The notes: generated by a model not told the origin, from the letters alone. Numbered from the stretch's first letter, positions 1 through 10,284 are shown. The stretch: DNA of 64,000 nt from a virus (IMGVR_UViG_3300017565_000001:141741-205740), one strand, 5' to 3'. Program-made: numbers and translations.

Positions 1-91
1 CAAATGAATGAAAAGTTCTTTGAGAAAAATTCACATGATGTTATGCTCACCTAGCCATATGATGCTGGTAACCTTTTAAGGAGAATCACTG

Positions 92-589
92 ATGTCCATG
101 TCCGTAATCCTGTCGTTCAACCCGGCTGCAATCGCTGTTCTGGGAGCCAATACCCGCTTGCGCGTGAAAAAGATCACCCGCGGTGGCATCGACTACCTGG
201 CTCTGCGCCCCAGCTACCGTGTCGCCGGCCGCAACACCATGATCCGCACCGACAAGACCGATGATGGTCTGATCGCCGAGATCCCCGAACAGATGTTCAC
301 CGACAACCCGACCTTCCCGGCTCCCAAGTCCTCGACCACGTACCACTTCAACGACATCGGCTACGGCTGGTATCTGTTGCAAGAAAAGGACGATCTGACC
401 GATGCCGACCCATCCATCACGATCTCGCGCCGCAAGGCCAGCGAACCCGCGCCTGCTCAAGCTGCTGACTCCACGCCGGCCGACGGTGAAGCCGCCAAGC
501 CCGCAACCAAGAAGCCGGCTCGAGGCAAGGCACAAGCCAAGCCGGGCACCAAGACCCAAGAACCCGAGAAGGTTCCCGCCACCAGCTGA
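92..589 (+). CDS. hypothetical protein with Pro/Ala/Lys-rich C-terminal tail
   Basis: ORF with AGGAG RBS and biased codons; followed by a hairpin terminator at ~606-632. Confidence 0.8.
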   Translation: MSMSVILSFNPAAIAVLGANTRLRVKKITRGGIDYLALRPSYRVAGRNTMIRTDKTDDGLIAEIPEQMFTDNPTFPAPKSSTTYHFNDIGYGWYLLQEKDDLTDADPSITISRRKASEPAPAQAADSTPADGEAAKPATKKPARGKAQAKPGTKTQEPEKVPATS

Positions 590-721
590 TCGCCCCTGGA
601 TTCCAAGAGGCCGTTAGTCGCGGCCTCTTTTCATTTGAATAGTAGCTTATTATCGGGCCACTGATGCCCGTAAATACAGTTAGATGAACATCGTGTCTCA
701 TCTGAACTGCCAGAGGCTACT

Positions 722-1252
722 ATGTCAGGTCTCATCATCAGAGATCCAGCCCTTCAAATCACCCCAGAAGAGCTGTTGATCGACCCCAGGAATTTCGTAT
801 TCCCATCCCAGCAAACCCAACGAGTTTACTCATGGGAAGAGCATGTTTTCACTGATTGTTACCTGTCATATTTGACCCTGGACGAGTGCCGAGAAATCGT
901 CACCACGTTATGGTCCAAGCTGGGGTTTGTCCAAGCATCACCCCAAGTTTTTGATGGGCGTGGGGCTGGTTATGCTCGTGCCAAAGAGTGTCATGAGTTG
1001 CATCTGCCTCAATGGGCCCGAAACTACACGGTGCTTGCTCATGAATTGGCTCACTGCGTTATGGATCCAATTAACTCAAATGATAGCTTGGACCACGGAG
1101 GTATGTTCATGCATACCTACTTGTATTTGCTGACCCTGGTGACAAACCACCGTTACACTGACTTGGAAGCATCCGTACGAGCCCACGGGCTTCGCATCAA
1201 TAGATTCAACCTATTGAACTATATCACAAAATTGAACGAATCTACTGACTAA
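722..1252 (+). CDS. putative zinc metallopeptidase-like protein (HEXXH)
   Basis: VLAHELAH motif plus downstream DHG. Confidence 0.6.
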   Translation: MSGLIIRDPALQITPEELLIDPRNFVFPSQQTQRVYSWEEHVFTDCYLSYLTLDECREIVTTLWSKLGFVQASPQVFDGRGAGYARAKECHELHLPQWARNYTVLAHELAHCVMDPINSNDSLDHGGMFMHTYLYLLTLVTNHRYTDLEASVRAHGLRINRFNLLNYITKLNESTD

Positions 1253-1281
1253 ATACCGACATAACTCATCTGGAGTCTATC

Positions 1282-1497
1282 ATGTTTTGGCCAGTTCAAG
1301 TCATAATAGGAGTCGGTAAGAAGCCTGATTCCACCATAGAAGACATCAATAAGTTGGCGGATTCGTTCTTGGAAATCCTATTCCAAGAAGCTTTCGACAA
1401 CCCAGATATAGACATCAGCAAGCGACACTTCTACATTGAAGCAGCTCGCCAAGAAGCCATTCTCACAAAATACGACCAGGATCCAACTCTCAACTGA
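1282..1497 (+). CDS. hypothetical protein
   Basis: GGAG RBS; ATAAATA-like box upstream. Confidence 0.6.
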   Translation: MFWPVQVIIGVGKKPDSTIEDINKLADSFLEILFQEAFDNPDIDISKRHFYIEAARQEAILTKYDQDPTLN

Positions 1498-1538
1498 ATC
1501 CCATGCTATCATGGTAGAAATCAATTGGGAGTTCAACC

Positions 1539-1847
1539 TTGCCTGTCATTCATTCTGAGACCAAGACTCTAGTCGTTGATGTGGCTGAGTTGTTTGCCAC
1601 AGGTAACCAGGCTGAAACTCTGTTGTTGAAGTTGTCTGCGGGTACAAAGTATGACGCGATCAACCACTCAGACGACCCCACCTACTATGAATTCAAGGTG
1701 AGGAAGGTCAATAGTTCTCGGGGAATTGCCGAAGTTTATCCATTCGAAGAGCTGTTGTTGGGGCAATATGGTGGCTTCTGGAGGAACAATCGGATCATCA
1801 TTGACGATCCAGCCATGGTAGTAATGCTCCGACTGGTTTTGTCTTGA
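1539..1847 (+). CDS. hypothetical protein (C-terminal D..A.V.MLRL motif family)
   Basis: ORF track, GGGAG RBS. Confidence 0.6.
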   Translation: MPVIHSETKTLVVDVAELFATGNQAETLLLKLSAGTKYDAINHSDDPTYYEFKVRKVNSSRGIAEVYPFEELLLGQYGGFWRNNRIIIDDPAMVVMLRLVLS

Positions 1848-1893
1848 CGCCATATTCATCTAGTGTTAGATTGGCAAAATCAAACATTGGAGG

Positions 1894-2265
1894 ATGGGCA
1901 TGAAAACTCTGGAAGAATTCTTCGTTGGACTCAATTCCCAACAAATCTTCAAGCTGGGCATTCTGGCCGGAGCCTACTCCAATCGCAAATTTGCTCGTGA
2001 AAAGCTGAAGACCTCGAAACAAGAACTCGAGGCCGACAAAGAATACCGTCGGACGTGCCCGCCCTTCGAACAGGTTTGTTTGGGCGCTGATGCACGAGTT
2101 GACGAGTCCTCGGGTGCCTTCCACAAAGCGCTTGGCTTCTCAACCAGCCAAGAAAAGTGGTTTAAGCGTATCCGTCACGAAGCCGTGGAACTTGGCATTC
2201 CCGAAACACTCATTCAGGAATTTGTTGAATTCCTGGCCGAACAGCTCAAACACAATGAAAATTGA
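1894..2265 (+). CDS. hypothetical protein
   Basis: GGAGG RBS. Confidence 0.7.
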   Translation: MGMKTLEEFFVGLNSQQIFKLGILAGAYSNRKFAREKLKTSKQELEADKEYRRTCPPFEQVCLGADARVDESSGAFHKALGFSTSQEKWFKRIRHEAVELGIPETLIQEFVEFLAEQLKHNEN

Positions 2266-2542
2266 AACACTAAAGGATGAGGTCGGCGAAACTCGTGCGC
2301 AGTTTTTGCTGAAAAATCTGAGCTTTATTCCGGCGTATTGGTATGGGCTGAATACTGGATACTATAAAGACCACGAAGTCCAGACAATTCTGCTGACAAC
2401 CGAGGTCCGTTATATCATCGCGACTGTGTCTGGATTGATGCGGCTTCCTGATCAGCAACGTCCAACTACTTACAAGTCCATATTGGTAACCGACAAAGAG
2501 CTGCCAGACGAAATATTGGTCTTGATAAAGTTGAGTGTGTAG
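2255..2542 (+). CDS. hypothetical protein
   Basis: ATG overlapping the previous gene end. Confidence 0.6.
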   Translation: MKIETLKDEVGETRAQFLLKNLSFIPAYWYGLNTGYYKDHEVQTILLTTEVRYIIATVSGLMRLPDQQRPTTYKSILVTDKELPDEILVLIKLSV

Positions 2543-2604
2543 TTGATTTTTCAGCCAAGTGAATATATCATTTGGCTTGTGATGAACTACAGGGGAGAAC
2601 CCAC

Positions 2605-2973
2605 ATGCCTTCGACTATCCAGGACTTTGGCCGCGAAAGCGATCGTTATGGCAACATTCCGTTCTACTACGCATTCCCGATCAAGTTCTGGTTCGGCCAG
2701 CACATGATCGCACCCGACGACGTTCTGACGTGGTGCCGTGAAAACTGCAAGGGCTTCTACAAGGTGGTGTGCTACACCCACGAAGACTCGGTACGCAAAA
2801 AGTACAGCCGCGGTAACGAGTTCGACGAAAAGATCATGTACGTGGACAAGATCTACCTGAGCGACGAAGGTGACGCTGCACTCATCAAGCTGACCTTCGA
2901 GGTGCGTGAGCAGCAAGTGCGGCGCCCGTGCAAGATGAAGCGTAAGATCCGCCGTAAGGCTAAGGCACACTAA
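2605..2973 (+). CDS. hypothetical protein (LSDEGDAALIKLTF motif)
   Basis: GGGGAG RBS, biased codons, terminator after. Confidence 0.75.
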   Translation: MPSTIQDFGRESDRYGNIPFYYAFPIKFWFGQHMIAPDDVLTWCRENCKGFYKVVCYTHEDSVRKKYSRGNEFDEKIMYVDKIYLSDEGDAALIKLTFEVREQQVRRPCKMKRKIRRKAKAH

Positions 2974-3023
2974 GGAGAGGAGGGGCTTCGGCCCCTCCCA
3001 CCTGAAAAGTCCTGGACTTTGTC

Positions 3024-3311
3024 ATGACATACGACGAGTACACGCGAGAAATTCTCTCCAAGAAGCCAAATAAAAACATGGGAGAATGGTGTAAGCGGAT
3101 CATAGACATATATCGGTTTAATCCCAACTTCGTATACCGCATCGAACCAATTGGTTCACATGCGATAGTTAATCTGTACTCCAGGATGAGTGGGATATAT
3201 GGTTCCGTCCTGCAGGTTGACGAATGTGGCCACATCCTGATAACTGATAGACCTATTGCTGACAGTGAAATGATGATGCTTGGCTTAGAGCTTGAATTCC
3301 GCATATATTGA
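3024..3311 (+). CDS. hypothetical protein
   Basis: ORF track. Confidence 0.55.
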   Translation: MTYDEYTREILSKKPNKNMGEWCKRIIDIYRFNPNFVYRIEPIGSHAIVNLYSRMSGIYGSVLQVDECGHILITDRPIADSEMMMLGLELEFRIY

Positions 3312-3375
3312 CACCGTCCTTGCGATTTTCACCATATGAAGTTATCATGTGAGTATTGCAAATAAGGAGAGCGCG

Positions 3376-3795
3376 ATGGTTGAGCACAAGTTCAAAGTTG
3401 GTGAAACCGTGACTGTGATCGTTCGCCACCACAGCAACCTATTGCCTGCTCTGTTTCCCAACCGCCCTGACTCTGTCGCATACACGGGCAAAGTTGTCAG
3501 GAGCGATGGATGGGAACCCGCTGATACGGTGAACCTCACAACCAGCAATCCTGGATTTCCGGTTCGAACCGTTGCCTTCCAGAATATTCTGAGCGTAAAC
3601 GGCAAGAAGTTCACGTTCACTCCCACGGAAAAGAGCGGCCCCGTGGAAAAACCCAAGGATCGCGTCTTTGAAGTGCAGGGTAGCAAGGGTGACAAATACC
3701 TGGTTACCGTGAAAGCTGATGGATCGCGTAAATGCAACTGTCCGGGTTTTGGATATCGCAGCAAGTGTCGCCACATCGAAATGGTCGAGGAGTGA
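3376..3795 (+). CDS. SWIM-type zinc finger protein
   Basis: CNCPGFGYRSKCRH (CxC..CxH) at C-terminus; AAGGAG RBS. Confidence 0.75.
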   Translation: MVEHKFKVGETVTVIVRHHSNLLPALFPNRPDSVAYTGKVVRSDGWEPADTVNLTTSNPGFPVRTVAFQNILSVNGKKFTFTPTEKSGPVEKPKDRVFEVQGSKGDKYLVTVKADGSRKCNCPGFGYRSKCRHIEMVEE

Positions 3796-3797
3796 AT

Positions 3798-4046
3798 ATG
3801 GTTACTGTTTGGCGTGATGTTCCCGTGCGTATTCGTCACAAGATCAGCCACATCAAGAAGATTGGTGGACGTATTCGCCACGCGATCACGGATGATTATG
3901 GTGATCTACCAGTCTGTCGCATCAATCCCCAGACTGGTGTTTGGGAAGACGTAGTCAATCATCGAGGCATGGCTTATGCCGCGCGACGTCGTCTCAAGTA
4001 TCGCACGACTCGTAAAGAATTGCGCCAAAACACCATGCCGTTGTAA
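3798..4046 (+). CDS. hypothetical protein
   Basis: GAGGAG RBS. Confidence 0.6.
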   Translation: MVTVWRDVPVRIRHKISHIKKIGGRIRHAITDDYGDLPVCRINPQTGVWEDVVNHRGMAYAARRRLKYRTTRKELRQNTMPL

Positions 4047-4070
4047 ACTGGCAATTTTGCGGAGAACTCT

Positions 4071-4460
4071 TTGAATTCTAAAAATCTACTGAGCGCTGTA
4101 TTGGGAGGTTTCGTACTGTTCTGCTTTTACTTGGGACTGAACGGCAACACCGAAATTCAAGAAGCTCTGGCTTTCGCTTATTGGTTCATCAGTATTGTCA
4201 TTATCGCGTTGATGATATTCATGATCCTTGCGTTGCCAAAAGTCAATGAGCTGAAAGAGCGACTATCAACTGACTTTGTGAAGGTGTGGCCTGATCGAAT
4301 TTGTATGGTCGCGTATGCTTGTATCTTCGCATACTGGGGTCATCCATTGCTGGCTGTTTCTATCGCTATGTCGGTCCTGTTGGGTATTCAAATGCGGTCG
4401 CTTTACAATCAACGGTATGATGAGCTGAATCGCACGGTCAAGGACGAACCAACTATTTGA
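4071..4460 (+). CDS. membrane protein
   Basis: several hydrophobic segments. Confidence 0.65.
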   Translation: MNSKNLLSAVLGGFVLFCFYLGLNGNTEIQEALAFAYWFISIVIIALMIFMILALPKVNELKERLSTDFVKVWPDRICMVAYACIFAYWGHPLLAVSIAMSVLLGIQMRSLYNQRYDELNRTVKDEPTI

Positions 4461-4532
4461 CAACCAGGTGTTGACTCCTTCACCAAATGAACTTAATATA
4501 GCGACATGGTGAACAAACAAGGAGAGAACGCA

Positions 4533-4826
4533 ATGACCGACAACTTCGTAGTTTACAACCCGGTGAACATGCACGTCCTGCGGACCGCGACGGGCGACGA
4601 AGCAAAGCGTCTGAGCTCGCGCAGCGCGAAGCGCGTCCTGACTGTTGCAATCAAGAAGGGCCGTGTACAGGAAGGTGAATATGTGATCGACACCATGGAA
4701 GCGTATGACGCTGAAGACGGGATGGTCGAAGTCAAAAACCTGATGAACGGCTCCCCGGTCATGATTCGCAAGAGCGAGCGCGGTGGCTGCTGCGATCCTT
4801 CCACGGAACGTTACTGGAGCATGTAA
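4533..4826 (+). CDS. hypothetical protein (conserved phage C-terminus CCDPSTERYWSM)
   Basis: AAGGAG RBS, biased codons. Confidence 0.75.
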   Translation: MTDNFVVYNPVNMHVLRTATGDEAKRLSSRSAKRVLTVAIKKGRVQEGEYVIDTMEAYDAEDGMVEVKNLMNGSPVMIRKSERGGCCDPSTERYWSM

Positions 4827-4896
4827 GATCAGGGGGCCTAGTGCCCCTCTACAAACTGGCAAATATTCATCACCTTTTGGTGCCAGTTAGTCTATA

Positions 4897-5700
4897 ATGG
4901 CCTCTGTTGTTGCAGAGGCCATTATGCCAATCAAGCTTAGGAAATTCATCAATTACATCTGCCGTCACGATCCGGCGTCGATGTTTGACTTCGCATATCC
5001 CAAAAGACTAAAAAAGATTGAAGAATTCAAAAAGAAGAATCCAATACGGGGCTTCTTGGTGTATACAACGGTTGATTGGCAATATCAGATGGCGGATTGG
5101 TATTGGTTCTATTTCTATGAACCCTCACTACGACTCCTTCGCCGTGTGGTGTCCCGACAGCATCTTACCAATAATGGCACGGAACCAGGTTGTGATTTGG
5201 ATGTTGGAAACGCCATTCTGCATACTTCGTTCAATATCTTGGTGGACTTCGTGGAGCGAGAAATCCCCAGAAGTTGGTCCAATAGCCTAAAGTACGAAGA
5301 GCTGCGGAAGTATGGATATGCAAAATGGCAGGTCGCTGGACCTATGCGAGAAATATTGTGGCGCAAACCGCAATATGGTGTTCAACTTATTGAGCGCTTC
5401 TTGAACCAAGAATATCATCTGTCGCAAGAGCTCAGAATTGCTTACGACCTTTATACTTGGTGGACGGTTATTCGCCCGTTGCGGCCGCAACCAAACATTG
5501 CTGCTGGTATTCGGACTCTAGAGGAAGCATTCACTGCCAAATACGGACCAGACTGGTCAGTATCAATGCTAGAACAAGATGAAAACCTTGAATGGCATGC
5601 TCGCGATAAACGAGAGCGTGACATCTGGCAGGAATACGTGGACGAAGACAAAGAGATGCTCATGAAACTAATTGAGCACAAAGATTCAATTTATTTCTAA
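4897..5700 (+). CDS. hypothetical protein
   Basis: 267-aa ORF. Confidence 0.75.
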   Translation: MASVVAEAIMPIKLRKFINYICRHDPASMFDFAYPKRLKKIEEFKKKNPIRGFLVYTTVDWQYQMADWYWFYFYEPSLRLLRRVVSRQHLTNNGTEPGCDLDVGNAILHTSFNILVDFVEREIPRSWSNSLKYEELRKYGYAKWQVAGPMREILWRKPQYGVQLIERFLNQEYHLSQELRIAYDLYTWWTVIRPLRPQPNIAAGIRTLEEAFTAKYGPDWSVSMLEQDENLEWHARDKRERDIWQEYVDEDKEMLMKLIEHKDSIYF

Positions 5701-5711
5701 AGGAAATTACG

Positions 5712-6128
5712 ATGCTTGAAACCGCAATCAAACGCGCATATCAGACTATGGCCGACCGCAATTGGGATACTGTCTACTGGGCCATTGATCTTCATGGCGT
5801 TTGCCTGAAGTCCAATTATGAAAATGGCGGCTATGAGTTCATCAACGATGAGGCTTGCATTGGTCTACTTCATATCTCAAAACGTCCAGAGAGCCGAATC
5901 ATTTTGTGGTCGTCGTGCCATGAATACGAACAACCTGATATCATTGCATTCATGAATGCACACGGTATCAATGTGCATGGATTCAACAAGAACCCAGAAG
6001 TCCAAAACACCAAGACTGGCAACTTTGACACCAAGTTTTACTTTAGCATTTTGCTGGATGATAAGGCCGGCTTCGAACCCGAAACGGATTGGCAAGTCAT
6101 CATCGACTATCTGAAAAGCCTTGGTTGA
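5712..6128 (+). CDS. HAD-superfamily phosphatase-like protein
   Basis: AIDLHGV (DxxG motif I) and LLDDKAG (motif IV). Confidence 0.65.
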   Translation: MLETAIKRAYQTMADRNWDTVYWAIDLHGVCLKSNYENGGYEFINDEACIGLLHISKRPESRIILWSSCHEYEQPDIIAFMNAHGINVHGFNKNPEVQNTKTGNFDTKFYFSILLDDKAGFEPETDWQVIIDYLKSLG

Positions 6129-6165
6129 TTTTTCACTTGACTGGCATCTCAAACGAACATACCAT

Positions 6166-6864
6166 ATGAATACGGTAAACGAAACGGAGCAAGCGATGAC
6201 CGAAGACCTCCAGAAACGCAAAGCAGCAAAGGAACACCAGTTCAAGAAACTGGTCGAAGCTTTCCGGTATCGTCTTCTGGGTATGGCTACGTATGACAAG
6301 GAATGGTACAAGGCCCTGCAAGCTCTGGATTTTGGTATGGCCCATCATCCCGGCTTTCGCAAGGACAACGTGACTCCGGCCTTCATGCACCAGGTCCAGA
6401 TCGCCAGCCACATCATGACTATGCTGCCGCATCTGATGTTCCCGGTGCGCACCATTGTCGCCATTCTGCTTCATGACACTCCTGAAGATACCAACGTGAG
6501 CCACGAAGAAATTCGTGACATGTTTGGTGCTGAGTCGATGGTCGACATCGAATTGCTGACCAAAGAATATCGGGGCAAGAAGAAGGAACCCGAGGAATAC
6601 TTCATGAATCTGGCTATGAATCCCGTATCCAGTGTTGGTAAAGGTGGTGATCGCGTCAACAACCAACATACGATGGCCGGTGTGTTCAAGCTGGAAAAGC
6701 AAATCGAATACTGCAAGGAAACAGAAACCTGGTTTTTCAAGTTCCTGAAAGAAGCCCGGCGCCGTTTCCCGCAACAAGAATTGATTTACGAAAACCTGAA
6801 GTTCACGCTGCAAACCCAGCTGAACATCTTCCGATCCATTCACGCACAAGGACACGCAGCATGA
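6166..6864 (+). CDS. HD-domain RelA/SpoT-type (p)ppGpp hydrolase-like protein (small alarmone hydrolase)
   Basis: H..RK....P...H, LLHDTPED, LLTK and K.GDRVNN motifs of the RSH hydrolase domain. Confidence 0.75.
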   Translation: MNTVNETEQAMTEDLQKRKAAKEHQFKKLVEAFRYRLLGMATYDKEWYKALQALDFGMAHHPGFRKDNVTPAFMHQVQIASHIMTMLPHLMFPVRTIVAILLHDTPEDTNVSHEEIRDMFGAESMVDIELLTKEYRGKKKEPEEYFMNLAMNPVSSVGKGGDRVNNQHTMAGVFKLEKQIEYCKETETWFFKFLKEARRRFPQQELIYENLKFTLQTQLNIFRSIHAQGHAA

Positions 6865-7097
6865 GCGACCAAAAGCAAGAAGACAAACCCAACTACAAGT
6901 TCTGGGCCGTTTATCTGGGGATGATTACCCTGGCCTTCTTTGCTGGTTGGTACGGGCAAGCGAACGTTCACCGACTCTACGCCGTCAAGGCCGAATACAA
7001 TCCCATCTCGTGCATGAGTGGCTTCAAATTCGCCAACACGCAAGATGGTTTGGTACCGGTGGTCGATCAAGCTGGTAACAAAATTCCTTGCCAATAA
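6861..7097 (+). CDS. small membrane protein
   Basis: single TM segment; overlapping start. Confidence 0.6.
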   Translation: MSDQKQEDKPNYKFWAVYLGMITLAFFAGWYGQANVHRLYAVKAEYNPISCMSGFKFANTQDGLVPVVDQAGNKIPCQ

Positions 7098-7203
7098 TTT
7101 GCGATTTCTGCTTGACTGCACTCGCAAATGAACGCAGAATTGGTTTACTGAATTAACAGTATACGCATCACTGAAAAGATGTGTCCATAAAGAAGAGGGA
7201 AAC

Positions 7204-7950
7204 ATGAACCGCGACAAACTTCAAAAGGTTCTCAGTATCGCTGGCATTGGTGTGGTTGTCATCGGTGCTGGTCTGATGGCAATGACCATCATCAAAGGGG
7301 TAGTCGCGTTGACGACCCTGGTGGTTGGCAGCATGGCACTGTACTTTGGTATTCCGGTACTGGCCAAATGGGCCGCACATTCGCAAATCGCCGCAATGAT
7401 CGGCCTTGTGAATCTGAATCCGATTCCCGAGCTGATCGATCAGTACAAGAAGGATGCCGCGCGCATCGAAGACGCCAAGAAAGCTGTCGAAGATTTGGGC
7501 GTTGAAACCCGATCGTATCGCGAAAAGCTGGCGCAGTTCGAGCGCACTGATCCTGACAAGGTCGATGATTTCCGCCAAACGCTCGTGAGCATGGTGAAGG
7601 TATACAACTACCAGGTTGCCAAGATCAACGAGGCTCAGGTGGAACTCCGCAAGTTCAACACCGAAATCGAATCCGCAAAGCGGGTGTGGGACATGAGCAA
7701 GGCTGCATACCGTGCGAGCAATGCGCTGAAGAAGTTCAATGCACCCGACCCCATGGATCAGATCATGCGTCAAACGGCGCTGGATGCTGTGTCCAAGTCC
7801 AAACATCGTGCGCTGGAAGCCATGGATCTCAGCCTGAAACTGGACTACGACTCGATCGACGACGTCAAGAACGTGCCGCAACTGGCAGACGATCCGACGG
7901 AAATCATCGACGCCAAATTCACCACTGTCAAGGAGACTGCCCGTGCGTAA
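7204..7950 (+). CDS. membrane-anchored coiled-coil protein (PspA/IM30-like)
   Basis: two N-terminal TM helices then long heptad-rich helix. Confidence 0.55.
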   Translation: MNRDKLQKVLSIAGIGVVVIGAGLMAMTIIKGVVALTTLVVGSMALYFGIPVLAKWAAHSQIAAMIGLVNLNPIPELIDQYKKDAARIEDAKKAVEDLGVETRSYREKLAQFERTDPDKVDDFRQTLVSMVKVYNYQVAKINEAQVELRKFNTEIESAKRVWDMSKAAYRASNALKKFNAPDPMDQIMRQTALDAVSKSKHRALEAMDLSLKLDYDSIDDVKNVPQLADDPTEIIDAKFTTVKETARA

Positions 7951-8107
7951 ACTTCTCGGCCTGATTGCTCTGGTCCTGGTTATCCTGGTGGCCTACGGCG
8001 TCAACAATGGCTTCGACTTCAGCGGGGACTCCAAACCCCAGAAACGCAGTGCCCCGGCAAGCAAACCTGCTTCCGGCAACGACCCCTTCAGCAATCTGCG
8101 GATGTAA
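7943..8107 (+). CDS. small exported/membrane peptide (54 aa; not in ORF track)
   Basis: GTG start overlapping the previous stop after AAGGAG; MRKLLGLIALVLVILVAYG...FSNLRM. Confidence 0.65.
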   Translation: MRKLLGLIALVLVILVAYGVNNGFDFSGDSKPQKRSAPASKPASGNDPFSNLRM

Positions 8108-8135
8108 TCCGCGTCTCAACAAGGAGATACAAACA

Positions 8136-9062
8136 ATGTTCAAGAAAATCATCGTGATCGGCGCTGCTTCCCTGGCGCTGCTGGCCGGCTCCCTGGCTCA
8201 CGCCCAAACGTTCGCAGTCGCGACCGGTGACTCCAAGGGTGGCTCCACGTACTCCCAGATGTTCCGCGAATTCGCCCGCGTATGCGGTCGTGACCTGAAC
8301 CTGGTCGAAGTGGAAACCACGGGCAGCGTGGAAAACGTGCAAAAGCTCGTGGGCAACGAGGTCAACGGTGCATTCGTACAAAGCGATCTGCTGGCCTTCC
8401 GCAAGATGACCGATCCCGACTCCGTCACCAACATCAAGACGCTGGTTCCCCTGCATACCGAAGAACTGCACTTCATCGCCCGCGCTGACGTCAAGAAGGA
8501 AGGCGGCATTTTCGGCTTCGGCGCCGACAAGGTCACGTTCAACACGGTCGATGATCTGGCCGGTCGACAAGTGGGCGCCGTGGGCGGTTCGATCCTGAGC
8601 GGTCGAGTGGTCTCGAGTGTGTCGGGTCTGGGCTTCGAAATGAAGCAATACGCCAACAACGTGGAGCTCCTGAAGGGCCTGCTGGATGGTGAAGTGGACT
8701 CCATTCTGGTTGTCGCTGGTGCGCCCTCCAAGGTCGTGCAAGCGCTGGACGGTCGTTATCGCCTGCTGTCGCTGAGCGATGAGCTGATCAAGAAGTTGAC
8801 CACTGGCGAAAAGGCCGTGTACGTACCCAAGAAGATCAGCTACACGAATCTGAACCAAGCTGGCGTTTCCTCGGTCGCTGTCGAAGCCCTGTTCGTGACC
8901 CGCACGTATCGCAGCAAGAAGGTTCTGGACTCCCTGAAGGCCACCCGTGAATGCTTCATGAACGAAGTGGGCGCCATCCAGGACTCGCGTGGTACGCACC
9001 CCAAGTGGCAGGATGTGAATCCGGACAACAAGGGCAAGTGGGCCTACTACGATCTGCAATAA
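8136..9062 (+). CDS. TAXI-family TRAP transporter solute-binding protein
   Basis: signal peptide, ATGDSKGGSTY, TTGSVENV..L, AFVQSD, LH.E.LH motifs. Confidence 0.8.
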   Translation: MFKKIIVIGAASLALLAGSLAHAQTFAVATGDSKGGSTYSQMFREFARVCGRDLNLVEVETTGSVENVQKLVGNEVNGAFVQSDLLAFRKMTDPDSVTNIKTLVPLHTEELHFIARADVKKEGGIFGFGADKVTFNTVDDLAGRQVGAVGGSILSGRVVSSVSGLGFEMKQYANNVELLKGLLDGEVDSILVVAGAPSKVVQALDGRYRLLSLSDELIKKLTTGEKAVYVPKKISYTNLNQAGVSSVAVEALFVTRTYRSKKVLDSLKATRECFMNEVGAIQDSRGTHPKWQDVNPDNKGKWAYYDLQ

Positions 9063-9135
9063 GGCCGCCACTGAAGTAAAGTAAACTGCACGGGACCATG
9101 GTCCCGTGCATCATTCACCAACGGAGAGAAATAGG

Positions 9136-9510
9136 ATGAGCAAGAAAATGGTATACCTGGCGGCTCCCTACAGTGTCAAGCATGATGACCCGGCTGTAGT
9201 CGCCCAACAGATTCAAGAGCGCATGGAAACGCTCTGCAGGATTGACGTGACATTGATGGGACGTGGGGTTCACACCATCACTCCGTTGCTAAAACACTAC
9301 ACTCTTCCCCACTCGGATGGTGCAAGTGACTGGGCAGCTTTCCAAGAATACAGTTACAACTTGATGGATCGTTGTGATGCTTTGTACGTGCTGATGCTTG
9401 AAGGTTGGGAAGCATCAGAGGGCGTGTCCGCTGAAATCAAGTATGCAAAAGAGCTCAAGATGCAAGTCGTTTATCTGGATGACCAGGGCAAGGCTGTTCG
9501 CGTAGAGTGA
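9136..9510 (+). CDS. DUF1937 / nucleoside 2-deoxyribosyltransferase-like protein
   Basis: VYLAAPYS ... GWEASEGVSAEI.YA motif. Confidence 0.7.
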   Translation: MSKKMVYLAAPYSVKHDDPAVVAQQIQERMETLCRIDVTLMGRGVHTITPLLKHYTLPHSDGASDWAAFQEYSYNLMDRCDALYVLMLEGWEASEGVSAEIKYAKELKMQVVYLDDQGKAVRVE

Positions 9511-9559
9511 GCCGCGATTCATCTGATAAATAAAATTGTGCTTTTATGGGGAGAGACAC

Positions 9560-9865
9560 ATGCGAATCAAAGAAATTTTTGTTCTGAACGAAGATGAACC
9601 AACCGTGTTCATCAATGGTACGCCTATCAAGAAGCGTCCTGAACAAGACATCATCAATGTAGTAGATCGCTCTTTCAGCTACAATTCCAGCGACGTCGCG
9701 CAAGCGATCATCTTTGGTATCGAACAACTGCTGAGCCGTGATCATTCCAGCGCCACGGAAGCTTTTCTGGAGATGCTGGTAGACCAATCAAAGGTTCATG
9801 AGGTAGAAATTCCTCCTGAACTCTGGCAACAAGTAGTTCAGAAAGTTCCTGCATTGGGTGCTTGA
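9560..9865 (+). CDS. hypothetical late protein
   Basis: ATAAATA box at ~9525; MRIKEIFVLNE N-terminus. Confidence 0.65.
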   Translation: MRIKEIFVLNEDEPTVFINGTPIKKRPEQDIINVVDRSFSYNSSDVAQAIIFGIEQLLSRDHSSATEAFLEMLVDQSKVHEVEIPPELWQQVVQKVPALGA

Positions 9866-9897
9866 CTTCGTGTTCATTTGGTACCATAATGTGAAAC

Positions 9898-10275
9898 ATG
9901 GTAAACCAAATGGAGATGAAGATGCAAGAAACCCGCGTAATGACCAAAGCTCGCAAGGGTAGCGATCCCCTCCCCACCGAGTACCTGGTTTCCATCGAAA
10001 AGAACAAGGCCATCACTGTCAAGCGTGAACGTGATGGCCGCATCACCAACGAAGTGTCGTTCAAGATGGGCGACACCGCAGAATACGATTCCTACAATCT
10101 GCGTTACCTGGGGATCATCACTGGCATCACCGACAAGACTGTCACCATCCAGAAAACGTATGGCCGTGATGTAAAGATTCATCGCCTGAGCTTGCACGAA
10201 TTCTGCTGGCGCAACTACAATTTCGACCTCGCGCAAGCGAACGAAGAAAACGCCCAAACTAGCTGGAACCTTTAA
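9898..10275 (+). CDS. hypothetical protein
   Basis: biased codons, promoter upstream. Confidence 0.7.
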   Translation: MVNQMEMKMQETRVMTKARKGSDPLPTEYLVSIEKNKAITVKRERDGRITNEVSFKMGDTAEYDSYNLRYLGIITGITDKTVTIQKTYGRDVKIHRLSLHEFCWRNYNFDLAQANEENAQTSWNL

Positions 10276-10284
10276 AGGAGCATC

